NCBI GenBank assembly: GCA_024635455.1
Contig: JAGXIU010000003.1
Location: forward strand, 226,446-290,445
Source of the DNA: Candidatus Saccharimonadota bacterium
GTDB lineage: Bacteria; Patescibacteriota; Saccharimonadia; Saccharimonadales; SLHW01
Reading direction: 5' to 3'
Length of the DNA stretch: 64,000 nt
Positions 18,057-28,000 of the stretch are shown here, piece by piece. A model generated the notes under the pieces. The model was not told the origin of the DNA, ran no database searches, and was given only the letters and a program-made list of their open reading frames with translations. The first letter of the stretch is position 1; each line of letters begins with the position of its first letter. The translations under genes were made by a program, and so were the position numbers.

Positions 18057-18671
18057 CTAAGCCTCCCCCTTTATCATAACAATGCCTTTTTTTGGCCCAG
18101 GTACGGCACCAACGAGGCCAATGATGCCAAGTTCTTTATCGACAATAGCGACAGTAAGATTTTTCACCGTTACTTGCTCACCGCCCATTTGACCGGCCAT
18201 TTTTTTACCCTTGAAGATTTTCTGTGGGTACATAGATCCGATTGAACCGACTCGACGTGTAGCACCTTTAGCACCGTGTGTCTTGCGTTGTCTACTAAAA
18301 TTATGTCGCTTGATAGTGCCTGCCCAACCCTTACCTTTACTGGTAGCAGTTACAGAAACAGTATCGCCAACTGAAAAGACCTCTGAGGTTATCTGTGAAC
18401 CAACCTTGAGGTCTTCTGGAATTTGATCAACGCGAACTTCACGCATAATTTTTGCGTTAGCGTTTGATGGCTTTAGGTGACCAGCCTGAGGCTTCGTTTG
18501 TTGCTTTGATTCTTCCGCGCCAATCTGCAGAGCGGTATAACCGTCTGTTTCATTAGTTTTTATTTGCGTAATAACGCTCGGACTAGCGGAAAGCAACGTC
18601 ACAGCAGAAACTGTACCATCGTCTGTGATGATACTTGTCATGCCGACCTTTCTTGTAATAAGTGCTTTCAT
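18057..18671 (-). CDS. rplC: 50S ribosomal protein L3
   Basis: MKALITRKVGMTSI...KGKGWAGTIKRHNF. Confidence 0.96.
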   Translation of the reverse strand: MKALITRKVGMTSIITDDGTVSAVTLLSASPSVITQIKTNETDGYTALQIGAEESKQQTKPQAGHLKPSNANAKIMREVRVDQIPEDLKVGSQITSEVFSVGDTVSVTATSKGKGWAGTIKRHNFSRQRKTHGAKGATRRVGSIGSMYPQKIFKGKKMAGQMGGEQVTVKNLTVAIVDKELGIIGLVGAVPGPKKGIVMIKGEA

Positions 18672-18819
18672 AGTTAACTCTATATTCCCTGTTTATTCCC
18701 TGGTTTAATACTCAACTCCCTGAGCATAAAAATGCTTGGTTGCTCACTGGTTTCCATCAGTAGTTACCGATTAGACCTGTTGAACATACCAAGTACCAAA
18801 GTTATTGCTATACCAAGAC

Positions 18820-18849
18820 ACATTAGCAGACAAACACTACTTCTGTCAA
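18820..18849 (-). promoter_or_regulatory. putative promoter TTGACA-18-TAATGT for rplC and the downstream r-protein genes
   Basis: -35 at 18849-18844 and -10 at 18825-18820. It predicts a 5' UTR of about 140 nt before rplC. Confidence 0.5.
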
Positions 18850-18884
18850 GATGTTGCAAATTCTACATGTATATCAGGCTCAGT

Positions 18885-18918
18885 ATAAACCCGACACACA
18901 ATAGTCTGTCGGGTTTAT
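18885..18918. terminator. symmetric 12-bp hairpin, a possible bidirectional terminator or insulator
   Basis: ATAAACCCGACA (18885-18896) pairs with TGTCGGGTTTAT (18907-18918) around a 10-nt loop. Only short T/A runs flank it. Confidence 0.35.
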
Positions 18919-19163
18919 GAATGATTAATGTACACTTTATCAGAGAAGTTATTTCTGCCTATAAACATAAAGATACTGATAAATTACGCATTACATGCGT
19001 TTTATATTTATCATGCCTTGTCTATATATATTCTTACACTGATAGAGAGCTGCGTGCGCATTCATGCATAACAGCATTTTGCACTTGTTCACTACGCACC
19101 ATCACTGGAGCACAAAGCCACTCGTGCTTAATCCTAAAGGTTGCTATAAAATACATCTTGATT

Positions 19164-19655
19164 ATGCCAGAACAAGACCCATCTTTACGTTATATGCTGT
19201 CCGAGCTTTCAGGTGCTGGACGAAAAGCTTTTATAAATGTCCAACGACTGCGTTTGCTCGAAGCGCTAACAACGCTTGACAACTTACAAAAGCTTCATCA
19301 ATTCGATGGTCGAATTATTCCTGTCAGAAAACAAGAATTTATAACCAGTTTTTCTGTAGAAAAGAAATCAGATACGATGACACATTGGCACTATAATGTA
19401 AGGCATCTAGATAATCTGGACGTACCACTACGGCAGTCGAGTCTATACTATTCTTTTACGAAGGAAGCTGGTCGTGCGACATTATTCCAAAATGACCTAT
19501 CAGTAGACGATGCAGTTTATAACGCCACTATCTACCCCTTAGAGCAAGCTGAGCCAGATGAGCTAGGTGAAAACTTCCGAAAGATACGAAGATTTTCTGT
19601 CGGCCTTACAACACTAGCCCGAGAGGCAATCCGATCTAGCGCCCATGGCAGCTAA
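19164..19655 (+). CDS. hypothetical protein (163 aa), encoded antisense inside the S10 operon
   Basis: Plus-strand ORF. I place the start at ATG 19164 because the upstream 81 codons of the 244-aa track ORF are AT-rich and look non-coding. I see no TM segment or recognisable motif. Confidence 0.45.
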   Translation: MPEQDPSLRYMLSELSGAGRKAFINVQRLRLLEALTTLDNLQKLHQFDGRIIPVRKQEFITSFSVEKKSDTMTHWHYNVRHLDNLDVPLRQSSLYYSFTKEAGRATLFQNDLSVDDAVYNATIYPLEQAEPDELGENFRKIRRFSVGLTTLAREAIRSSAHGS

Positions 19656-19680
19656 GTAAAACTTAGCCAGAACCAGGTGG

Positions 19681-20040
19681 TTACATCTTTATTTCGGCGT
19701 CACAGCCAGCAGGAAGTGACAAATTCATCAAACTATCAATCGTCTTAGCGGAGGGGTCGAGCACATCGATTAATCGTTTGTGGATGCGCATCTCGAACTG
19801 TTCGCGGCTTTTTTTGTAGACAAAGGGACTCTTAACCACAGTGTAGGTTGTTTTTCGGGTTGGAAGCGGTATTGGTCCGGCTATCTTTGCACCGGTTCTG
19901 ATTGCAGTATCGACAATTTGCTTCGTAGATTGGTCGATAACTTTGTGATCGTACGCTTTAAGGCGAATACGGATTCGCTGCTTACCACTCGGGTTGATAG
20001 ATTCTTCTTTTTTCGTTGCTGCTTTTTTGGCGTCTGCCAT
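19681..20040 (-). CDS. rpsJ: 30S ribosomal protein S10 with a 17-aa basic N-terminal extension
   Basis: [18 protein letters not shown] core. GAGGAG SD upstream. Confidence 0.96.
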   Translation of the reverse strand: MADAKKAATKKEESINPSGKQRIRIRLKAYDHKVIDQSTKQIVDTAIRTGAKIAGPIPLPTRKTTYTVVKSPFVYKKSREQFEMRIHKRLIDVLDPSAKTIDSLMNLSLPAGCDAEIKM

Positions 20041-20159
20041 TATAGAAACTCCTCAATTTAGGTGTGGTGTAACATCCCTGCACGTGAATCTCAGCTTGCA
20101 AACTGAGTAATAGTCGAACGTGCACTGACTTTTAGTCACCACGATGATATTCAGGAACT

Positions 20160-20188
20160 ATTATATACTACAGTTATAAGTAAATCAA
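20160..20188 (-). promoter_or_regulatory. putative promoter TTGATT-17-TATAAT for rpsJ
   Basis: -35 at 20188-20183 and -10 at 20165-20160, immediately downstream of the tuf terminator. Confidence 0.5.
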
Positions 20189-20193
20189 AATAT

Positions 20194-20224
20194 AAAAAAT
20201 ACCCCTGCCAAGTCGACAGAGGTA
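20194..20224 (-). terminator. intrinsic terminator after tuf
   Basis: Minus-strand RNA UACCUCUG-UCGACUUGG-CAGGGGUA (8 bp, one G.U) followed by UUUUUU. Confidence 0.65.
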
Positions 20225-20250
20225 TTAATTAGCTACTGGTTGAATGATTA

Positions 20251-21432
20251 CTATTTGGTAATCTTAGTCACAACACCAGCACCGACTGTTCGGCCACCTT
20301 CGCGGATAGCAAAGCGAAGACCTTGGTCCATAGCAATAGGAGCAAGTAGCTTCACCTTGAACGTAATGGTGTCGCCAGGCATCACCATTTCTTTATCTGC
20401 AGGTAACTCCACTTCACCAGTTACGTCAGTTGTACGGAAGTAGAACTGAGGCTTGTAACCTTTGAAGAATGGCGTGTGTCGTCCACCTTCTTCTTTTTTA
20501 AGGATATAAACTTCAGCATCGAATTCTGTGTGAGGCGTAATCGAACCAGGCTTACATAGCACTTGTCCGCGTTCAATGTCATCACGCTCGATGCCACGGA
20601 GCAAGATACCAACGTTGTCGCCAGCTTGTCCCTGGTCTAAGTTCTTCTTGAACATTTCTACACCAGTTACGACTGTCTTCTTAGTGTCACGGATTCCAAC
20701 GATTTCAACTTCTTCGTTTACCTTGACGACACCAGATTCAACACGTCCTGTTGCAACTGTTCCACGACCCTTAATTGAGAATACGTCCTCAATTGGCATC
20801 AAGAAATCTTTATCTAGATCACGCTTTGGCTCTGGGATGTAGTCATCCATTGCCTTAACCAGTTCCATAATTGAATCTTGGTTAGCGCTATCACCTTCAA
20901 TTGCTTTTAGGGCGGAGCCCTTTACGATTGGGCAATCTTCATCATACTCATACTTAGCAAGAAGCTCACGAATGTCCATCTCGACTAACTCTACGAGTTC
21001 TGGGTCAGCCAAATCCATCTTATTCATGTAAACAAGAATCTTTGGTACGCCGACCTGTCGTGCGAGTAGCACGTGCTCACGAGTTTGTGGCATTGGGCCA
21101 TCAGCAGCGGATACAACTAATACTGCACCGTCAATCTGAGCAGCACCAGTAATCATGTTCTTTACGTAGTCAGCGTGACCAGGCATATCGACGTGCGCAT
21201 AGTGACGATTCTCTGACTCATATTCTTGGTGGGATGTAGCGATGGTGATACCACGAGCTATTTCCTCTGGGGCTTTGTCAATCTTTGCGTAATCTACTGC
21301 TTGGTTGACATCGCTTGGTAGTTTTTCTGCGAGCACAGTTGTGATTGCAGCGGTTAGTGTTGTCTTACCGTGGTCAACGTGACCCATAGTACCGACGTTA
21401 ATGTGCGGCTTACTTCTATCAAAATCTGCCAT
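20251..21432 (-). CDS. tuf: elongation factor Tu
   Basis: 393 aa, with [18 protein letters not shown] and NKMD. Confidence 0.98.
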   Translation of the reverse strand: MADFDRSKPHINVGTMGHVDHGKTTLTAAITTVLAEKLPSDVNQAVDYAKIDKAPEEIARGITIATSHQEYESENRHYAHVDMPGHADYVKNMITGAAQIDGAVLVVSAADGPMPQTREHVLLARQVGVPKILVYMNKMDLADPELVELVEMDIRELLAKYEYDEDCPIVKGSALKAIEGDSANQDSIMELVKAMDDYIPEPKRDLDKDFLMPIEDVFSIKGRGTVATGRVESGVVKVNEEVEIVGIRDTKKTVVTGVEMFKKNLDQGQAGDNVGILLRGIERDDIERGQVLCKPGSITPHTEFDAEVYILKKEEGGRHTPFFKGYKPQFYFRTTDVTGEVELPADKEMVMPGDTITFKVKLLAPIAMDQGLRFAIREGGRTVGAGVVTKITK

Positions 21433-21504
21433 AGTGTTATTGAACTCCTCTTGTTACCTATTACTATGCATGAGCAATTATTCGCTCACACGAGTTACCA
21501 AGAA

Positions 21505-21533
21505 ATCATACCGAATATATTGACTATTGTAAA
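21505..21533 (-). promoter_or_regulatory. putative promoter TTTACA-17-TATGAT for tuf
   Basis: -35 at 21533-21528 and -10 at 21510-21505. An AGGAG SD lies 12 nt before the ATG. Confidence 0.5.
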
Positions 21534-21570
21534 GATTTTTTTGTATTTTTGTGGAATATTAGAAAGCTGT

Positions 21571-23658
21571 CTATTTGTCTATTTGAGCAACAATAGCTTC
21601 AGCTACGTTACGAGGTACGTCTGCGTAGTGATGCAACTCCATGCTTGAGCTGGCACGACCTTGCGTCATACTACGCAAATTTGTTGTGTAACCGAACATT
21701 TCACCAAGTGGTACAAATCCAGTAATTTCTTTGATGCCAGCTTGCAGGTCTTCCATCGATTCGATGCTGCCCCTTTTACTATTCAAGTCACCGATGACAT
21801 CGCCCATGAACTCTTCTGGCACAACAATCACTGTCTTCATGACTGGCTCTAGCAAAGTTGGTGAAGCTTTCTTCATGCCTTCCTTAAAGCCGATTGAACC
21901 AGCTGCTTTAAAGGCCATTTCTGAGGAGTCAACATCGTGGTAGCTACCGTCATATAGCTCAACTTTAATATCGACGACTGGGTAACCAGCTACGATACCA
22001 TTATTCATAGCCTCTTTAATACCTTCTTCGACTGGTTTTATGTACTCGTTTGGCACAGATGCACCCTTAATGGAGTTAACGAACTCGAAACCAGCACCAG
22101 CTTCGTTTTGTGAGAGCCGCAACCATACATCTCCATATTGACCACGACCACCGGACTGTCGGATGAATTTACCCTGAGCTTCAACACCATCTTTACGGAT
22201 GGTCTCTCGGTACGCGACTTGTGGTGCGCCAATATTTGCCTCAACATTAAACTCGCGCTTCATGCGATCAACCAAGATCTCTAGGTGCAACTCACCCATA
22301 CCGCTAATGATAGTCTGTCCCGTTTCATCATCAACGCTTACGCGGAATGTTGGATCTTCTTCTGCTAATCGCTGTAAGGCGATTGACATTTTCTCTTGGT
22401 CAGATTTGGTTTTTGGTTCAATTGCAATAGAAACTGGTGGCTCAGGGAAACTGATGTTCTCTAGCTCAATTGGATTTGCTTGATCACATAGTGTGTCGCC
22501 AGTTGTGGTGCCCTTCAGCCCAACGATTGCAGCGATGTCACCTGCAAATACCTCGTCGACGTCTTCTCGCTTATCAGCTTGCATACGCACGATACGTCCA
22601 ACTCGCTCTTTGGTATTTGTCGACGAGTTGAAGGTGTAAGAGCCCGATTTTATCGAACCAGAGTAAACACGGAAGTAAGCAAGCTTACCAACGAACGGAT
22701 CAGTCGCAATCTTGAAAGCAAGACCAGAAAAAGATTCTTCTTCTGTTGGCTTCCGCTCTAGCTCATCACCAGTCTTTGGGTGAACACCCCAAGCAGAACC
22801 GCGCTCGGTTGGACTTGGTAAGAAGTTATTCACCATATCGAGAAGCATTTCTACGATGACACCACGTGCATCACCACCTGACACGATAAAGAAATTACCA
22901 GATAACGTAGCGGCACGTATTGCGTGCTTTATATCATCTTCGCTCAAACCATCTTCACCAACTTCGAAGTATTTTTCGAGTAGCTTTTCGTCTTCTGCGA
23001 CAGCGTTCTCTATGAGTAAACTACGGTATTTCTTGGCATCCTCAAGCATATCTTCAGGAATCTCTTCCTCGTTTAGCTCTTTATCAGTGAAATCCTTGTA
23101 GGTATAGGCTTTCATACGAAGAAGATCAACCACGCCACGAACGCCTTGCTCAAAACCGATAGGTAGGTGGATCGGGAAAGCACGCCTGTTCAAACGTTTA
23201 TGGATTGAGTCCAATGACATGTAGAAGTCTCCACCTGTTTGGTTAATCTTATTGATCAAACAGATACGAGGAACGTTGTACTTGTCAGCCTGTCGCCAAA
23301 CAGTCTCAGACTGTGACTCAACGCCCATCTTGCCATCAAACACAACAACAGCACCATCCAATACACGCAAGGACCGCTCAACTTCAACCGTGAAGTCGAT
23401 ATGGCCAGGAGTATCAATAATGTTTATTTGATGATCCTTCCAATAGCAAGTGACTGCTGCTGAGACAATAGTTATGCCACGTTCACGCTCTTGCGCCATC
23501 CAGTCAGTTGTGGTCTCACCATCGTGGACCGCACCTATTTTGTGTTTGATACCAGTACGGTACAGAATACCTTCTGTCGTGGTAGTTTTTCCAGCATCAA
23601 TGTGTGCAATAATGCCAATATTTCTAATCTTGCCTTGCTCGAATTTTTTCTTTGCCAT
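21571..23658 (-). CDS. fusA: elongation factor G
   Basis: 695 aa, with AHIDAGKTTTTE, DTPGHIDF and NKINQ. Confidence 0.98.
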   Translation of the reverse strand: MAKKKFEQGKIRNIGIIAHIDAGKTTTTEGILYRTGIKHKIGAVHDGETTTDWMAQERERGITIVSAAVTCYWKDHQINIIDTPGHIDFTVEVERSLRVLDGAVVVFDGKMGVESQSETVWRQADKYNVPRICLINKINQTGGDFYMSLDSIHKRLNRRAFPIHLPIGFEQGVRGVVDLLRMKAYTYKDFTDKELNEEEIPEDMLEDAKKYRSLLIENAVAEDEKLLEKYFEVGEDGLSEDDIKHAIRAATLSGNFFIVSGGDARGVIVEMLLDMVNNFLPSPTERGSAWGVHPKTGDELERKPTEEESFSGLAFKIATDPFVGKLAYFRVYSGSIKSGSYTFNSSTNTKERVGRIVRMQADKREDVDEVFAGDIAAIVGLKGTTTGDTLCDQANPIELENISFPEPPVSIAIEPKTKSDQEKMSIALQRLAEEDPTFRVSVDDETGQTIISGMGELHLEILVDRMKREFNVEANIGAPQVAYRETIRKDGVEAQGKFIRQSGGRGQYGDVWLRLSQNEAGAGFEFVNSIKGASVPNEYIKPVEEGIKEAMNNGIVAGYPVVDIKVELYDGSYHDVDSSEMAFKAAGSIGFKEGMKKASPTLLEPVMKTVIVVPEEFMGDVIGDLNSKRGSIESMEDLQAGIKEITGFVPLGEMFGYTTNLRSMTQGRASSSMELHHYADVPRNVAEAIVAQIDK

Positions 23659-23683
23659 AGCTTATACTTTCCTTACTTCTACC

Positions 23684-23962
23684 TTATATTTTATCAATTA
23701 CGTTATCGTGCTTCGCTAATGGTTCCGTGGCTAAGAGGATGTCATCCTCAGCGGTTCTGATATCAGTAGTATTTGGACAATCTGTATCTTCTGGCTCACG
23801 CGAACAATCTGCGGTGAATGCCCCAATGACTGCAAGCCGTAGGTCTAATCTTTGCATCGCAGTGCATCGTTCGCTGTTTGTTAAAAATAGCCCGTGATTG
23901 TCATCGACAACCTTTCGTTCTATCGTTGTCAGCTTTTCAAATGGGCACTCACGACACACCAT
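23684..23962 (-). CDS. hypothetical 92-aa protein with five Cys, inserted between rpsG and fusA
   Basis: The ORF fills the whole 309-bp rpsG-fusA gap, starting 5 nt after the rpsG stop and ending 25 nt before the fusA ATG. It begins MVCRECPFEKL. I recognise no family. Confidence 0.5.
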   Translation of the reverse strand: MVCRECPFEKLTTIERKVVDDNHGLFLTNSERCTAMQRLDLRLAVIGAFTADCSREPEDTDCPNTTDIRTAEDDILLATEPLAKHDNVIDKI

Positions 23963-23967
23963 AGTTG

Positions 23968-24447
23968 CTAGTACCGAGCGAAGTGGGCAAAAGCGCGGTT
24001 GGCTTCGGCCATTTTGTGTGTATCTTCTTTTTTCTTGACCGCTGTACCTGCATTATTGTAAGCATCAACTAACTCCAGTGCGATCCGATCTGCCATACTC
24101 ATTCCTTTTCGTGAACGAGCAGCAGCGACGAACCACATAAGTGTTAGATGGTTTTGGCGTTGTCCGGAAACCTCAAATGGTATCTGGTAGTTAGCGCCTC
24201 CGACACGTCGAGATCGGGTTTCAACTTTTGGTCGAATATTAGCAAAGGCTTGTTCAAACACCTCGAGAGGGTTTTTGACCTTCAATTTGTCGGCAGATTT
24301 TTGCATACCGTCATAGACTAGCCGTTCGGCGATTTGCTTCTTACCATTGAGCATGACTCGGTTGATAAGCTTTTGCACCATAACATCGTTATAGGTGCGG
24401 TCTGGCTGAATAGGACGAATCAGAGATTTTGTTACTCTACGTGGCAT
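23968..24447 (-). CDS. rpsG: 30S ribosomal protein S7
   Basis: The start is trimmed to MPRRVTKSLIRPIQPD (ATG 24447), directly after the rpsL stop. Confidence 0.95.
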   Translation of the reverse strand: MPRRVTKSLIRPIQPDRTYNDVMVQKLINRVMLNGKKQIAERLVYDGMQKSADKLKVKNPLEVFEQAFANIRPKVETRSRRVGGANYQIPFEVSGQRQNHLTLMWFVAAARSRKGMSMADRIALELVDAYNNAGTAVKKKEDTHKMAEANRAFAHFARY

Positions 24448-24448
24448 A

Positions 24449-24862
24449 TTAGCTATCTCCCTTCTTCGTACCGTACTTTGATCGACCTTGTTTGCGATCT
24501 TGGACACCCTGAAGGTCAAGTGATCCTCGTACGATGTGGTAACGAACACCTGGAAGGTCCTTTACACGTCCGCCACGAATAAGAACGACTGCGTGTTCCT
24601 GCAAATTGTGACCTTCGCCGCCAATGTATGCCCATACTTCGTAACCATTACCGAGTCGTACTCGAGCAACTTTACGCAAAGCTGAGTTTGGTTTCTTTGG
24701 GGTTTTGGTCGTTACCTTAACACAAACACCACGTTTAAAGGGTGCTGGTTTTTCATAATTAGTCGTGTCCAATGAATTGACGACACGGTGCAGCGCTGGC
24801 GACTTGCTTTTCGGCGTCGACTTACTGCGCGGCTTTCTAATAAGTTGATTAATTGTTGGCAT
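24449..24862 (-). CDS. rpsL: 30S ribosomal protein S12
   Basis: The start is trimmed to [12 protein letters not shown] (ATG 24862). AAGGAG lies upstream. Confidence 0.95.
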   Translation of the reverse strand: MPTINQLIRKPRSKSTPKSKSPALHRVVNSLDTTNYEKPAPFKRGVCVKVTTKTPKKPNSALRKVARVRLGNGYEVWAYIGGEGHNLQEHAVVLIRGGRVKDLPGVRYHIVRGSLDLQGVQDRKQGRSKYGTKKGDS

Positions 24863-25002
24863 GAAAGGGTATATCTCCTTGTTATTACACAATATCTACT
24901 GCGGTAGAGGCATGATACATAGATGCCGACTATGCATCATACTTCCTCCAGCTCGGATACTGCAATTTCTCTTATGACTGGATGATAGTATCAGTTTTTT
25001 GC

Positions 25003-28000
25003 TTAACTATCAAGTGCGAGCGCATCAGCTTCAGCCTTTGCCTCAGCTTGCCTTTCACGGTAACGGTAGCCAGTACCGACAGGAATCTTCCGCCCAAGTA
25101 TGACGTTTTCTTTGAGACCGTAAAGATTATCGACTTTTCCGCTGGTTGCAGCTGCTATCAGTACACGTGTTGTGTCCTGGAAGCTCGCTGCACTCAAGAA
25201 CGAATCTGTTGCCAAACTTGCTTTGGTTATACCAAGCAATAGCTGGTTGTACTGAATCAGTTCTTTCTTTGCTGCAGCAAGTTTATCGTTTGCCTCAACA
25301 ACAGCTTGTTTACTGACAACATCACCCGTTACAAACTCACTTCCGCCTGGGTCTTCGATTTGTACTCGAGAGAACATTTGTCGGACAATCACCTCAAGGT
25401 GTTTATCAGATATGTTTTGTCCTTGTGCTGCGAAGATGCGAAGGATTTCCTTCATGATGTAGCGTTGCGTAGATTCAACTCCTTGCAATTTCATCAGCTG
25501 TTGTAGCTGAATCGATCCATTGGTGAACCGTTGGCCAGCAATCACTTCATCTCCGTCCTGAACAGTAAGTTGTTTGAAGCCAGGGATTTCGTAGCGTGCT
25601 GAGCCCTTTCCAGCAGGAGTGATTAACACCTGTTTTTTGGTAAAGTTTACGATACCAGCAGCGGATGCAGTCAAAGGATTCTTGCCACCCTTTGCGCTCG
25701 CTACGACATCGCCCTTCACGACTTCTGTACCAGAGGCGACAGTCGGTTTGCGTGAACCGAGTTCGAGCTCAACCACTTCATCATCACCAGCTGTCACTTG
25801 GACGATATATTGGTTACCCTCTTCCCACGTTCGAACAACACCACTGATTTCACTGAGAAACGCTTGTCCCTTTGGCGTGCGGGCTTCGAAAAGCTCCTCG
25901 ACACGTGGTAGACCAGTCGTTATGTCCTCACCGGCAACACCACCTGAGTGGAAAGTCTTCAGTGTTAGCTGCGTACCAGGTTCACCGATACTCTGGGCAG
26001 CGATGACTCCAACCGGGTGAGCTATCTTAACCAGCTGTCCTGTCGCTGGGTCAATGCCGTAAGATTTTTGTGATATACCCTTAACAGATGTACAACTTAA
26101 TGCACTCATTATCTTGACGGCATCAAGTGTATTGTCATCTTGGATTGCTTCAGCAATTTCTTTGGTGATACGTTCACCTTTTTTCACATGCTTGCCAATG
26201 TTTTCTGCTGCATAGCGGCCTTCAAGACGATAAGCATACGCTACGCCGATTTCTTCTGCATCTGATCGGTAAATCGGGAAACCTGGATCTTCTGTTTCTT
26301 CATCTATGATGAATGCATCTTGACTTACGTCAACCAGTCGGCGCGTAAGATAACCTGAGTCGGCTGTCTTCAGCGCAGTGTCAATCATACCTTTACGTGC
26401 ACCACGAGTAGCGGTAAATGATTCAAGCGGTGTGAAACCTTTTTTGTAATTGGACTTGATAGGCAGCTCAATTGTACGACCGGAAGCATCTGGTACGAGG
26501 CCGAACATTCCAACAGCCGTATTCACCTGGCCAATATTACCTCGAGCACCTGACACAACTGACACAGCCATAGAGCTATCCTCATCAAGGAATTGTTCTG
26601 AGAGCTTCGCTAATACTTCCTTGTCAACCTTCTTCCATGTATCCAAGATTAAACGGTATCGCTCATCGTTAGTGATGAAACCCTCTTCAAATTGATCACT
26701 GATCTTTGCGACTTTTTCTTCACCTCCATCGATAAGCTTGTCGATACCCTTGATATCTCGGAAATCGTCGATACCAATTGATAGGCCAGATTTAGTTGCG
26801 TACTTAAAGCCAACGTCTTTGAGTGAGTCAGCAACCTCAGCTGTCTTCTCTTGACCATACATTTCATAGCAAAGTGCCATAACTGAAGAAAGCTTCTTCT
26901 TTGTCATAGCTTCATCTTGAAACGGAAAGTCTTCAGGAAATATTTCGTTGAACAACACACGACCGATGGTTGTCTTCAATGACTGACCTCGATAACGTAT
27001 CCTAATGTTTGTCTGTAGCTTAATCGAGCCGGCATCAAGTGCCATCAAGGCTTCGCCTAAGCTACTATATGCTGCGTTTTTCTTTTCTGCTATTCCAGGA
27101 CGATCGTAGGTTAAGAAGTAACAGCCCAGCACGATGTCTTGTTCAATATGCAAAATAGGTGAACCATCAGCAGGTTTTAGAAGGTTCTTGTTGCTAGCCA
27201 TTATGTCTCGCGCTTCAGCTTGTGCACCTTTTGATAGTGGTAGGTGAACAGCCATCTGGTCACCGTCAAAGTCTGCGTTAAATCCTTTACATACTAGTGG
27301 GTGAAGCTGAATTGCCTTACCTTCTATAAGCCGAGGACGAAATGCCTGGATAGATAGTCGGTGTAGACTTGGAGCTCGGTTCAAAAGTACAAACTTGTCT
27401 TTAATAACCTCATCAAGTGCATCCCAGACTTCGATCTCACCAGCATCGATCATCCGTGTTGCAGAACGAATATTATGAGCGAGTTCTTTATGAATTAGTT
27501 GTCCGATGACAAATGGCTTAAATAGCTCGAGTGCCATCATCTTCGGCAGACCACACTCGTCAATTGTTAATTCTGGACCAGCTACGATTACTGAACGACC
27601 AGAATAGTCAACTCGTTTACCGAGCAAGTTCTGTCGGAAACGACCCTGCTTTCCCTTCAATTGGTCAGAAAGACTTTTCAGGCGACGTCGTTGACCAGTA
27701 GCAGCTACTGCGCGACCGGAACGAGCACTATTGTTGTCAATCAAAGCATCAACGGCTTCTTGTAACATACGTTGTTCATTACGACATATAACTTCTGGCG
27801 CATTCAAATCAATCAGTTTCTTGAGTCGGTTATTTCGGTTAATAACTCGGCGGTAAAGATCGTTCAAGTCACTAGTTGCAAAGCGGCCACCAGTTAGTTG
27901 TACCATCGGTCGAAGGTCTGGTGGGATGACAGGGAGTACAGTCAACATAGTACTGCTAGGTTTAATACCAGCCTTATTCATGCTCTCCAGTAAACGTAGA

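Noticed and set aside
18732-19163. The 62-aa plus-strand ORF (18732-18920) and the first 81 codons of the 244-aa ORF (18921-19163)
   Set aside because: This AT-rich region is full of palindromes and promoter-like boxes. The translated sequence is rich in Cys, Ile, Tyr and Leu and looks like nonsense. The hairpin at 18885-18918 and the rplC promoter lie within it. Coding most plausibly begins at ATG 19164.
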